Part shown: piece by piece, positions 52,401 to 64,000 of the stretch
Layout of the letters: each line of letters starts with the position of its first letter
Position numbering within the stretch: position 1 is the first letter of the stretch
DNA from: Octopus sinensis
Lineage: Eukaryota
Direction: 5' to 3'
Length of the DNA: 64,000 bases
Assembly: GCF_006345805.1 (NCBI RefSeq)
Contig: NC_043015.1
Coordinates: 47,554,001-47,618,000, forward strand
Program-made: the position numbers and the translations under genes
The notes under the pieces: generated by a model
The model's database searches: none
Seen by the model: the letters and a program-made list of their open reading frames with translations, nothing else
What the model was told of the DNA's origin: nothing

Positions 52401-55400
52401 TCTCTCTCTCACCACCTATATAAATATATGGGTGTATATTTTTTTATATCTCCTGTCTATTAAATAATATATTTATATAGACTTACTGTCAACTCATTTC
52501 ACGCTCATCAATTCTGATGGAAAGTAGCAAGTCTGACAACTGAAAAAATTCAGTTTCTAACCCACAACATTGCAATCAGTTACAATAAAGTCAGAATTAT
52601 ACATAAGCACTTTCAATTATCAGACCTGCAAGTTTTCCTCAGAGGCTATGAAGTCCTAAACAGAAAATGAGTTGACAGTAAAGCTAACTAAATGTGTTGT
52701 TAGATACATCATGTACAGGCATTAAAATATATATATATAGATCAAAAGAGAAAGAGAACAACAAACAGTGTCATGACTTATTATACTAACTCCAATAAGT
52801 CATGATGACATCATCCCCATCATTAATTAATGTCCGCTTTCCATGCTGACATGGGTTGGACAGTTTCACAGGAGCTGGTGAGCCAGAATATTGCACCAAG
52901 CCCCTACTGGCAGCTTTGGCATAGTTTCTACTGCTGGATGCCCTTCCTAATGCAAATCACCTTATAAAGTGCACTAGATGCTTTTTTATGTGGTACCAGC
53001 ACCAGTGAGGTCACCAAGTAACTTGCAAAACAAGGCCCTTAGCTAAGTGTGAAGTAGTATTAAGGTTGTTGGCTTTGTACCAGGCGAGGAGGAGAGGTTA
53101 GGGTATAACAGAGGGACAGAAGCAAGTGTCTTGCAACGAAAATAATAAAGAACTTACCTTATCAACATGAAAAATTAAATCTAACTCACAGACATTTTCA
53201 AAACACTTGTCCAGAGTTTCAACAAATACCTAAAAGAAAAAAAAAAAGCTATATGCAAAACATCTTTAAGATTGAAACAATAACAATAGAAATATTGATT
53301 ACTCTTTTACTTGTTTCAGTCATTTGGCTGTGGCCATGCTGGAGTATCGCCTTTTTAGTCGTGCAGATCGATCTCAGGACTTACTCTTTGTAAGCCTAGT
53401 ACTTATTCTATCGGTCTTTTTGCCGAACCGCTAAGTTGCGGGGACGTAAACACACCAGCATCGGTTGTCAAGCGATGTTGGAGGGACAAACACAGACGCA
53501 CAAACATATACACACACACATATATATACATATATACACACATATATATATATATACACACATATATATATATATACACACATATATATATATACACACA
53601 CATATATATATATATTTATATATATATATATTCGACAGGCTTCTTTCAGTTTCCGTCAACCAAATCCACTCACAAGGCTTTGGTCGGCCCGAGGCTATAG
53701 TAGAAGACACTTGCCCAAGGTGCCAAGCAGTGGGACTGAACCCAGAACCATGTGGTTGGTAAGCAAGCTACTTACCACACAACCACTCCTGCGCCTGCAT
53801 CTGGAATAATGAAGATTAAATCTTCAAAGATTATTTTATGTTAGTAAGCCAGGGCCCCAGTATTGTCATATGGTGAATCCAGGATAATGTATTAATTTTG
53901 ATATGGTACTATGAGATTGGATTAACTGTGATCAAATTTGGTTTGATATATATCTCCATAACTCAGTATGTTTCTAAAAGAATCCTTCACTTACAAAGAA
54001 ATAGAACCAAGTTTTTGCCTGCATCATTCTGTGATGCACCTGAACACATTATCAGTGATGTTTCATGGTGTCATTACAGGTTTCAGGTCTTTCAACATCA
54101 GATACCCTCACCCAGACAGCCCAACTGGGGTTGATCAAGTCCTAGTTTGTATCCAATTAGCATTGCCCTTGGTAGCATGGCCCCATCCAGGGTTCATGCC
54201 TCCTGATCCACAGCCCCTTTGAGACAAACTCTGCTGTCTCCACAGCCAAACTGATGGCCCTCAGCCTACTGGCCCCTGCAATGCCAAAAACCTCTCGAAA
54301 GAGCTGTTCTTCACTCCTGCTCCAGAGCGTCAGCTGCAGGGTCACTCCGAAAAGTTCTATCTGCGACGATTTCATCTCAATCGAAGGAGAGGGGCTTTCT
54401 CCGTCTGGTTTGCGGATCCGTGGAATAAGCTGCTGGACGAGATAGTGAAGATGCCAACGACCGCTCGGTTCAAAGACTCTCTTGACCAGAAATGGCCTGA
54501 ACTCTTTGCATGAACACCACCCTGTACATAACTCCATGTCCCCCTACTTTTTGCTTTTTGAGCCAAAAAATTAACTTAACTATCATTATTTAACACCCAT
54601 TTTCCATGTTGGGATGGGCTGGACGGTCTGACAGGGGCTGGATGGTCTGACAGGGGCTGGACGGTCTGACAGGGGCTGGCTAGGTAGAAGACTGCACCAG
54701 GCTTCGCTGTCTGTTTTGGCAGGGTTTTTATGGCTGGAAGCCCTTCCTAACACCAACCATCTTATCTTGAATTATTTTTGTTTTACCTGTATGAGTATCT
54801 GTATGAGTATCTGTCTATACTGATCAAAAATTCACATAAAAACCAAAACAAAGTAAATTTTACTCACCTGAATTAGATCCAAAATACCAAGCTCACTTTC
54901 TGATGAATCAACACAAAACACAAAGTATAAAGTCGCGTAGTGCCGATATATAAGTTTGAAATCTGCCCCACCTATCAGCCTAAAATATAGAATCGCATAG
55001 TGTTTAAGATACATGTCTCAAATGTGTTTCTATATCGATTATAACATTACAATAATTACAAATTAAAATTACCTATAATACAGTATTTATACACAATATG
55101 CTTTTATCTTTAATACTTAGACCTAACAACAGGCAATGAATTTCTGGAAAGAAACATCATTTGTGTACAAGAGAGATATTTGATTTTTCATCATTGATTT
55201 CTTTACCGTGTCATTTAACCATTTAGTATTCACATTACTCCATCAAATCTTAATTATTCTCGTTGTCTTACAAGGGGGTACTGAAAGGTTCTTCGCTTTA
55301 AGGGTATCATGAAAGGCCTGGTTAAAGGACCAACTTTCCAAGTTCTTTTTCAGGGCTTTGAAAACCCGAAGGAGTGCTGTAAAAAGCATCCGAATCTAAG

Positions 55401-58400
55401 AGGGGAATATGTTGAATAAAATCATAATTAACTAATCCTCCTGTATTTCCTTTTACCCAAAGCCAGGACCTTTCCAGCACACCTTCATAAATTAATCATG
55501 CATTATTTCATAGCTTAGAGATTTCCATAATCATCATCATCATCATTTAACATCTGCTTTCCATGCTAGCATGGGTTGGACGATTTGACTGAGGTCTGGC
55601 AAACCAGATGGCTGCACCAGGCTCCAATCTGATCTGGCAGAGTTTCTTCAGCTGGATGCCCTTCCTAACGCCAACCACTCCGAGAGTGTAGTGGGTGCTT
55701 TTACGTGCCACTGGCACAAGGGCCAGTCAGGTGGTACTGGCAACGGCCACGCTCAGTGTGATTATTTATTCTTAGAATGACATTGTGGTTTCAAATGATG
55801 GATTGTGTAATGCATTGTGTTCTTGAGCAAAACACTTCATTCCACATTGCTCCAGTCCACTCAGCTGTAAATGTGTAGCCCCTGCAATGAAATGGTGTTC
55901 CATTCAAAGGGAATATTGTTATCTCGGATACTTATACAACATGGAAACCAGGTAACCAGCTCTACGAGTCATAGGACCCACCATCGTCATTGTTTAACGT
56001 CCTCCTACTATGCTGGCATGGGTTGGATGGTTTGACAGGAGCTGGTCAGAGCAGAAGACTGCACCAGACTTCTGTGTCTGTTTTGGCCGTTTTTAACAGC
56101 TGGATCCCCGCTTCCTAACACCAACCACCCAGCAGAGCAGACTGAGTGCTTTTTACGTAGCACCAGCACAGACGGGTCATAGTAATGTCCAGCAGTTGGT
56201 GACGATTCTTCTATACATGCCTTCTGAATTGGTCATACTCTTTACTCTTTCTCTTTTACTTGTTTCAGTCATTTGACTGCGGCCATGCTGGAGCACCGCC
56301 TTTTTTTTTTTTAATCGAGCAACTCGACCCCGGGACTTATTCTTTTGTAAGCCCAGTACTTATTCTATCGGTCTCTTTTGCTGAACCGCTAAGTAACGGG
56401 GACATACACACACCAGCATTGGTTGTCAAGCAATGCTAGGGGGACAAACACAGACACACAAACACAGACACGCATATATATACATATATACGACGGGCTT
56501 CTTTCAGTTTCTGTCTACCAAATCCACTCACAAGGCTTTGGTCGGCCCGAGGCTATAGTAGAAGACACTTGCCCAAGGTGCCACGCAGTGGGACTGAACC
56601 CGGAACCATGTGGTTGGTAAACAAGCTACTTACCACACAGCCACTCCTGCACCCTGGTCATGTAAACAAATTTTAAGAAAATTTTATAAAGCTACTTACG
56701 TGCCACCCTCAAGGAAATTACAAACGTTATCATCTCTTTTGGATACAAGATGGAAAGTTTCTCTGATAATCTGCTGCTGGACATCTTCAGGCTGGACAAG
56801 GAAATAGAGATTTTGATTTGTTTTTTTCCAGTTTAGAGTTAGAATTAAAAAAATATATATAAGAAAACAGAAAAAGAAAACCAAAGTCAAAATTTAATGA
56901 TGGAATTTAATTTCGTCTCCCATGCCTTTGTGAGTGTGTGTATGTGTACACATGCATGTGTGTGTGTGTGACTGCTTATAACTCAATATATTCTCTTATA
57001 TTCTTTTTTTCCTTTTGTTTGTTTCAGTCATTTTGACTGCAGCCATGCTGGAGCACCGCCTTTCCTTTTCATCATAGTTCTACTGACCATCACAGGAGTT
57101 TTAGACTGGATGTTCATGAGAACTCCTATAGGCTGATGATGTAGTTCTCATAACTGAATCTACAGGGAAATTAGAGAGGAAATTCCAGGTGTGGAAGCTA
57201 AACCTAGAATCAAGAGATCTTAAAATAAACCTAGCAAAAACAAAATTCTAGACAATAAAGATGAGAATCCTGGTACCTTCAAGGAAATGGTTTTGTTTGA
57301 AATGCAGAAAAGTAGGTAAAACATCTATATATGTTGTACCCAGTGTAAGCTGTGGGTACAAAAGAGATGCAGTGGAACCAATGACAGGCATCGGTCATGT
57401 AATGCATATGAATGAAGACAGATGTATCAAGAAATGCCTATCTCTAATTGTAGAGGGTCTGTATGGATGGGATAGACCCAGGAAGACATGAGATGAAGTG
57501 GTGAGAAAGGATCCTCAGATGTTGGGTCCCACAGAGGGGATGACAAGGGACCAAGACTTCTGGTAGTTTTCTGTGTTTAAGAAGAGGCATCAAGCTAAGT
57601 AAAGTCGGGGGTTGTCCTTGCATACAGGCATGTCCCTAGCATCCCTCTTCAGTTGAGTGATCCTAATCGTGTGGGCTTATGGGTGCTGGTGCCATGTAAG
57701 AAGCACATGTGCCAGTACCACATAATAGTGCCCATGCCAGTGCTGCATAGCAGTACCCAGCAAGTTCTGTAAAGTGGCTGGTGTTAGGAAGAGCATTCAG
57801 CCATGGTAACTATGCCATAACTGACATGGAACCCAGGCAGCTCTTCAGTTGGCCAGCTCCTGCCAAATCATCCAACTCATGCCGGCATGGAAAATGGACA
57901 TTATATGATGATGGTATATGTATGTGTGTCTGTGTGTGCACATAAACATATATATATATATATATATATATGCTGGACCTTTCATCATGTTAAACCATTA
58001 ATCTCCATACATTTTTTCCTCTCATCCTTTTCTATCGAAGAGCATAGGTTTGAAATGTCAAGACTTTTTCCACTCCTCCCAAGTGTCAAAGTAATACACC
58101 TGCTTGTTGTTCCGTCACTTGTCTTTTGTTTTCTGTACATTTGAACCATGTATAAATGTAAATGCAATGAACTAAACCAAAAAGGAAAAAAGACAACGCA
58201 GGGGGTGGAGACAAGTTCTAACAAATAAAAGAATGGAGAGAGACTTAACATTTTAGACATTAGTCCTTCATTAGAAGGAAAGCATAGGAGGTGTGAAAAA
58301 GCAGAAAAGTGGTCAGGAGCCAGGTTGGAATGTGGTTGGAGGGGAAGCCATATAGAAGGGTATCCATATTGTAAAAAAATTATGAGGGTAAGCCACAAAC

Positions 58401-61379
58401 ATGTAGAGGTGTGCAAGTGCAAAAGTATAGTAGTATAGGTTGGTGCAGAAGTATAGTGGTATAGGCGGTGAGCTGGCAGAAACGTTAGCACGCCGGGTGA
58501 AATGCATAGCAGTATTTCAACTGCCATTACGTTCTGAGTTCAAATTCCGCCGAGGTCGACTTTGCCTTTCATCCTTTCGGGGTCGATAAATTAAGTACCA
58601 GTTAAGCACTGGGGTCGATATAATCGACTTAATCTGTTTGTCTGTCCTTGTTTGTCTTCTTTATGTTTAGTCCCTTGTGGGTAATAAAGAAATAGGTATA
58701 GGTTGGTAGGAGTGTGAAGTGATGGTAAGAGTGCATGAGAAAAGTGTGACAGTGAGGTGGGTGTGGGTGTGCAGTAAAAGGGAAGACAAGAGGAATGTGG
58801 AGGGTGTGATCCAAGTGTAAGCAGGGGTATGGATGTGAGATATTGTTGCATGGAAAGGGAGGAGGAACAAGGAACAAAAGAGGGAGAAAAAACATGGCAG
58901 TTGCAGGAAAGAAGAGAAGAATAAGAAAAAAAATGGTGAAAGGATAATTACAATACAACACCAGTACAAAAGGAGAATTAGTGAGGCACATGGTGGGGTG
59001 TAACGTGTATAAACAGGTGGGAAAAAATAGTAAAAATGAAAAACTGAATAAGCGATACATAAATACACATACATATATATGCAAAAATAATTGCACACAC
59101 ACATATATATATATATACACATATATTGACAAATATAGGCGTAGGAGCGGCTGTGTGATAAATAGCTTGCTTACGAACCGCATTGTTCTGGGTTCAGTCC
59201 CACGGCGTGGCACCTCTGGCAAGTGTCTTCTACTATAGCCACGGGCCGACCAAAGCTTTGCGAGTGGATTTGGTAGACGCAAACTGAAAGAAGCCCGTCG
59301 TATATATGTATGTATATATGTTGCCCCCCCCCCCAACATCGCATGACAACAGATGCTGGTGTGTTTACGTCCCCGTTACTTAGCGGTTCAGCAAAAGAGA
59401 CCGATAGAATAAGTACTAGGCTTACAAAGAATAAGTCCTGGGGTCGATTTGCTCGACTAAAGGCGGTGCTCCAGCATGGCCACAGTCAAATGACTGAAAC
59501 AAGTAAAAAAAAAGAGTAAATGTAAATCCTTATATGTCGTTTATAAATTCTTAATTAAAATTGTATTCACCTGTAGAAAATGCGCTATAATTACCAAATG
59601 GTAATTAAGACCAACTCCATATGAAAAGGGGAGATAATCTAATCTTAAGAATCAAGACTTCTTTAATGATGACTTGTCATTAAGGAAAAGGACATTTATT
59701 GTTTGATAAGAGGACAATCGTGGACACAGGTTTCTGTCTTAATAGACGTTTTCTCCATGACAGTTGTCCAACCTTTTCTCCATTAGTCAAGGGAGTTAGA
59801 CTTAGAGAAAAACAAAAAGAAAAAAAGAGTTGGAGTGGCTGTGTAGTAAGTAACTTGCTTACCAACCACATGGTTCCGGGTTCAGTCCCACTGCATGGCG
59901 CCTTGACCAAGTGTTTTTGACTATAGCCTCGGGCCGACCAAAGCCTTGTGAGTGGATTTGGTAGACGGAAACTGAAAGAAGCCTGTCGTATATGTGTGTG
60001 TGTATGTATATATACATACATATACATGTGTGTATATATATATATGTGTGTGTGTGTGTTTGTTTGTCTGTCCCCCACCATCGCTTAACAACTGATGCTG
60101 GTGTGTTTAGGTCCCCGTTACTTATCGGTTCGGCAAAAGAAACCGATAGAATAAGTACTAGGCTTACAAAGAATATGTCCTGTGGTCGATTTGTCCGACT
60201 AAAGGCGGTGCTCCAGCATGGCCAAAGTCAAATGACTGAAACAAATAGAATATTTTTGACCTATTCGATAAAAGCATGTCAACTTAAGAGAATTCTTGAG
60301 TCTTGAAATCATCTCCCCTTCTAATATGGAGCACATTTTAATTGCTATTTGGAAATTACAGCACACCTAGAGACGGTCATAATTTTAATAAAACTAAGAA
60401 TTCGTGTTGAATGGTATATGATATACCTGTATTTGTCCATATTCAAATACATGCCATTGGCCACTTTGAGGTATTTCTCTCGGCGTTTATATATATATAT
60501 ATACATATATATACAGAGAGAGAGAGAGAGAAATGTATGTAAGTAAAGTATACATACACACACTTTGGCATCTTGGGCAAGTCTCTTACACTATAGTTCC
60601 GGGCAGACCAAAACCTTGTGAGTGGATATGGTTATCGGAGATTCAAAAGAGACCGTCGTGTTTATGTGTATTTGTTCCTGCCACACAACTACTGGTGTTG
60701 ATTTTTATTTACGTCCCCCGTAACTTAGGGGTTCATTAAAAGAGAGCGATAGAATAAGTAGTAGACTTTAAGTTAAGTAATGGGTTTAATTTGTTCGACT
60801 GAAAACACTTCAAGGCGATGCCCTGGCATGGCCGCGGTTCAATGCCTGAAACAAGCCAAAGATAAAACCACACATATCTACATACACAGCCGTGTGTATA
60901 TTTAACTCTACACAAATATTTGGATTAACACGTGAATACAAATATTTCAGCAAAAATGTAAGAGAGAGAGGAAGGAGACACGTTACACGTAACTACACGA
61001 CATAGACCTTCATAGTGTACAAGTGGAAGGAACAGTCAGGTGGATAATAGAGAGACAGGGATGAAAAGCAAAGTATGTAGTGAGGGCCAGATGGATATAG
61101 AAATATAGGGAGACATAGAGATACAGGGGAGGAGGTTATGTGATGGCGTGTAACATACAATTTATTGAAACCTCAATTCGTAACAGCTGGACAATGGAGA
61201 TCCGCTCAACATATATGTGATATATATATTTTCAAAAACCGATTTTAAAAAAAAAATGTGTTTAATATTTTCTCATCTTTTAATTAAAATATTATTTGCT
61301 GCAGCTTTATAGAAAACAATGTTTCATAATTGCCACAACTTCTAAATATCATATATATATATATCCATATATGAACTCC

Positions 61380-61444
<65 letters not shown>

Positions 61445-61775
61445 ATATATGAACTCCTGTATATATATATATATGAACTCCTTTATATATATATATATAT
61501 GAACTCCTTTATATATATATATATGAACTCCTTTATATATATATATATATGAACTCCTTTATATATATATATATGAACTCCTTTATATATATATATATAT
61601 ATATATAAAATGGTCAAAACTCCTCACACAGGAACTTAGTTTGATTCGAAAACCCCACTAGAATGGGAGAAAGCGCTAATACATGATCTAAGTTATATGA
61701 TATATATAAAAAAATGTAATATACAAATAAATATCTGTAAATATAAACCATCCGATTTTCTGAGTACCTCATTTC

Positions 61776-61827
<52 letters not shown>

Positions 61828-62347
61828 GGAGTAAACACATAAATGTGAAACAAGGTGGAAAAAAAGAGTACTCAAATACCAGTGGTAGAGTAATATGCTT
61901 TATTTATATATATATATATGATATTTAGAAGTTGTGGCAATTATGAAACATTGTTTTCTATAAGGTTGGAGCAAATAATATTTTAATTAAAAGATGAGAA
62001 AATATTGAACACATTTTTTTTAGAAATCGGTTTTGGAAAAACGAATCTCCAGAGGAAAGTGAGCATTCAGAAAGACTATCGAAATAAGAGCGTATAAAAT
62101 ATTTACAGGAATTTATTCCAGTTTAGTTAAAATATCAAATTTCAGGAGGAAAATGGTAAAAAAGGTTGGATTTTTGTTTCAACTTGAGAGAATCAAAATC
62201 CAATTTTATAAAAGTGGGAGGTGACCAGAAAAAGGCACAAGATAAAGCATTTAGTTAATTAATGTTACATCTACTCACATAAAACTGGAAAAATTTAGAT
62301 AGTCTCGGTTTTCCGTGATTATTAAATACTAATATTGCCTTAATCAT
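45175..62347 (-). CDS. AP3S1: AP-3 complex subunit sigma (co-ortholog of vertebrate AP3S1/AP3S2), 6-exon gene, 190 aa; join(62279..62347,56700..56791,54868..54979,53158..53229,50456..50563,45175..45294)
   Basis: Manual splicing gives 69+92+112+72+108+120=573 nt in frame: [190 protein letters not shown]. Recognised as sigma-3 adaptin; all introns are GT-AG. Confidence 0.97.
45340..46225 (-). mobile_element. Long composite element: tRNA-Arg-like SINE plus about 600-bp 3' extension, AP3S intron 5
   Basis: SINE head at about 46225; SINE body plus extension also present inverted at 43049-43480; GC-rich structured tail at 45370-45530. Confidence 0.6.
46245..46557 (-). mobile_element. Fourth tRNA-headed SINE family
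   Basis: Head GTGCATGGCTCACTGGTTAGAGC..GAGTTCAATTC; core TCTTGAGCGAGACACTTTATTTCA..GCTCCAGTTCACTCAGCTG; related pieces at about 6180-6425 and about 6625-6860. Confidence 0.68.
47771..48146 (-). mobile_element. Non-autonomous Helitron (same family), AP3S intron 5
   Basis: Highly similar to 38978-39341; 5' TC, 3' hairpin, terminal CTAG mutated to CTAA. Confidence 0.78.
50456..50563 (-). CDS. AP3S1: AP3S exon 5 ([36 protein letters not shown])
   Basis: Acceptor tgtgtag|GTC, donor GAG|GTAAGT; 108 nt. Confidence 0.96.
51677..51837. mobile_element. Tc1/mariner-superfamily (pogo/Tc2-like) MITE
   Basis: TIR CCATATTTTAATGTGTATAAGGAACCC / GGGTTCCTTATACACATTAAAATACAG; TA flanks. Confidence 0.7.
51886..52295. 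mobile_element. Merlin-like MITE (GG..CC termini, 8-bp TSD ATGTGTAT) in AP3S intron 4
   Basis: TIR GGATCTTTTTGGTTTGAACGGCAGTTTTTT / AAAAAACTGCCGTTCAAACCGAAAATATCC; TSD at 51878-51885 and 52296-52303. Confidence 0.8.
53158..53229 (-). CDS. AP3S1: AP3S exon 4 ([24 protein letters not shown])
   Basis: Acceptor cttttag|GTA, donor AAG|GTAAGT; 72 nt; NVCELDLIF motif. Confidence 0.97.
54290..54581 (+). mobile_element. CR1 LINE 3' end (same family as 36480-36778), AP3S intron 3
   Basis: Near-identical to 36480-36778, including the TTAACTTAACTA tail. Confidence 0.8.
54868..54979 (-). CDS. AP3S1: AP3S exon 3 ([37 protein letters not shown])
   Basis: Acceptor attttag|G, donor CAG|GTGAGT; 112 nt; contains the YRHYATLYF sigma-adaptin motif. 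Confidence 0.97.
55270..55486. mobile_element. Degenerate mariner-type MITE in AP3S intron 2
   Basis: TA-CAAGGGGGTACTGAAAGGTTCTTCGCTTT ... AAAGCCAGGACCTTTCCAGCACACCTTCA-TA imperfect TIRs. Confidence 0.5.
56700..56791 (-). CDS. AP3S1: AP3S exon 2 ([30 protein letters not shown])
   Basis: Acceptor cttgtccag|CCT, donor AC|GTAAGT; 92 nt. Confidence 0.96.
57070..57912 (+). mobile_element. Degraded RTE LINE (RT, Cys-rich finger, C-terminus, 3' UTR), AP3S intron 1
   Basis: [37 protein letters not shown]; [14 protein letters not shown]; [20 protein letters not shown]. Confidence 0.75.
58463..58699 (+). mobile_element. SINE family B monomer, AP3S intron 1
   Basis: Full head and core; ends AAAGAAATAGGTAT. 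Confidence 0.8.
61229..62040. repeat. Foldback element: about 135-bp near-perfect inverted repeats around a (TA)n/ATGAACTCCTTT minisatellite, AP3S intron 1
   Basis: 61229-61364 is the reverse complement of 61905-62040 with few mismatches. Confidence 0.8.
62279..62347 (-). CDS. AP3S1: AP3S exon 1 (ATG; [23 protein letters not shown])
   Basis: ATG at 62347, donor TAT|GTGAGT; canonical sigma-3 N-terminus. Confidence 0.96.
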
Positions 62348-62610
62348 AATTTCGTTAAAGAAATAACGGGACAGCGATGTTATCGTTCCATTCTTTGATT
62401 GATGTTGACAACAGTGATGGCGTCATGACAGTCGACGACAGAGCCGCCTCTGCTGGTTTCTCGAAAAGCGCTTCAGCCGAACAAAGAATTTACTCATGCA
62501 CAAAGGTTACTATATCTGCATAATCAGGATCCGCAACAACTCCCCTGACAGTTACCACGATCCTCCGTGGCCGTGTCCAACATACTTTATGCATTTGGCG
62601 TCATATATAT
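62348..62610 (-). promoter_or_regulatory. AP3S 5' UTR / proximal promoter, CpG-enriched, with two CRE-like TGACGCCA motifs
   Basis: CpG-rich unique sequence upstream of the ATG; ATGACGCCA on the minus strand at about 62418-62426 and about 62596-62604. TSS unknown. Confidence 0.55.
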
Positions 62611-62950
62611 ATATATATAACAAAAATGCATATACGAAAAATCATATCTGTAGAAAAATCAGAATTGTAGAATTCTTTGTCTTATTATTTGGATCATATT
62701 TTATCATCATCATCATTTAACGTCCGTTTTTCATGCTAGCATGGGTTGCACAGTTTGATAGGTGCTGGCTAGATGAAGAGTTCCCCAGGTTCCACAATGG
62801 TTTACCGTAGTGAAATCAGTATTTTCTATATCTGAAATATTTCCGTATTAGTCTGGAATCCGACAGGGTTGAGAGATCAAAACTCAGCTTGAGTGCTTTA
62901 TTGGAAATACCCTACTAGGACATTATGTATGTACACACACACACACATAT

Positions 62951-63957
62951 CATCATCATCATCATCATCGTTTAACGTCTGCTTTCCATGCTACCATGGA
63001 TTGGACGATTTGACTAAGGACTGGCGAACCAGATGAGTGCACCAGACTCCAATCTGATCTGGCAGAGTTTCTACAGTGGATGCCCTTCCTAACGCCAACC
63101 ACTCTGAGAGTGTAGTGGGTGCTTTTACGTGCCACCGGTACGAGGGCCAGTCGGGCAGTACTGGCAACGGCCACGCTCAAATGATGTTTTTTCTTTGCCA
63201 CCTGCACAGGAGCCAGTCCAGCAGCACTGGCAACGACCTCGCTTGAATGTTTTCTCATGTGCCAGTAAGGCAAAGCTGGTAATGATCACACTCGAATAGT
63301 GCTTTTTACGTGCCACCAGCACAGAAGCCAGTTAGCTGCTCTGGCGATGATCATGCTTGGATGGTGCTCTTGGCGCTCCACTAGCACGGATGCCAGTCAT
63401 CAAATTTGATTTTGATTTCACTTGCTTCAACAGGTCTTCGCAAGCAGAGTTTAGTGTCCAATGAAGGAAAGGTATGCATAAGTGAGCTAGTTACATCACT
63501 GGCATAGGTCACGGGTTATGGTCTCACTTGGCTTGCCGGGTCTTTTCAAGCACAGCATATTTCCAAAGGTCTCTGTCACTAGTCATTGCTTCAGTGAAGT
63601 CTAATGTTCGAAGGTCATGCTTCACCACCTCATCCCAGGTCTTCCTGGGTCTACCTCTTCTACAGGTTCCCTCAATCCCTAGGGTATGGCTCTTTTTCCC
63701 ACAGCTATCCTTGTCCATTCTCACCACATGACCATACCAGCGCAGTCGTGTCTCTTGCACACCACATCTGATGCTTCTTAGGTCCAACTTTTCTCTCAAG
63801 GTACTTACACTCTGTCGAGTATGCACACTGACATTACACATCCATCGGAGCATACTGACTTCATTCCTTGCGAGCTTACACATGTCCTCAGCAGTCACGG
63901 CCCATGTAGCATGGCTGTTCGTACACATGCGTCATACAGTCTACCTTTTACTCTGAG
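62951..63957 (-). mobile_element. RTE-clade LINE 3' portion (same family as 21551-22558)
   Basis: ORF 63524-63928 TWAVTAEDMCKLARNEVSMLRWMCNV..RLRWYGHVVRM..GRPRKTWDEVV; (CAT)n tail. Confidence 0.9.
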
Positions 63958-64000
63958 TGATATATATATATATATATGTATTTATGTATACATATATATA

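Noticed and set aside
61444-61590. CRISPR-like regularly spaced repeats (ATGAACTCCTTT)
   Set aside because: Eukaryotic context; the spacers are just (TA)n of variable length; this is a minisatellite.

Overview
AT-rich, repeat-saturated eukaryotic genomic DNA. The SINE/LINE complement and microsatellite load are most consistent with an octopus (coleoid cephalopod) genome; this is inference. One complete gene can be assembled by eye: the AP-3 adaptor complex sigma subunit (AP3S1/AP3S2 co-ortholog), minus strand, six GT-AG exons, 62347 to 45175, 190 aa. A CpG-rich promoter-like island at about 14.3-14.75 kb and an 89-nt exon-like block at 2356-2444 suggest the 5' end of a second, unidentified minus-strand gene running off the left edge. 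The rest is mostly mobile DNA: tRNA-headed SINE families, RTE and CR1 LINE fragments, a Gypsy pol relic, Tc1/mariner relics, hAT, piggyBac and Merlin-like MITEs, and non-autonomous Helitrons. Almost all ORFs in the track are repeat artefacts. The most interesting signal is a set of hammerhead-ribozyme motifs in non-coding repeats: an intact-core hammerhead inside a 350-bp-period direct repeat (retrozyme-like, about 38.2 kb), one at the 3' end of a tRNA-headed SINE (about 31.5 kb), and variant-core motifs in a (TA)n-associated family. Also notable: MITEs carrying telomeric repeats, SINE multimers with a fixed AG|GT junction, and many inverted repeats within the AP3S pre-mRNA. Repeat boundaries are approximate unless a TSD or TIR is quoted.
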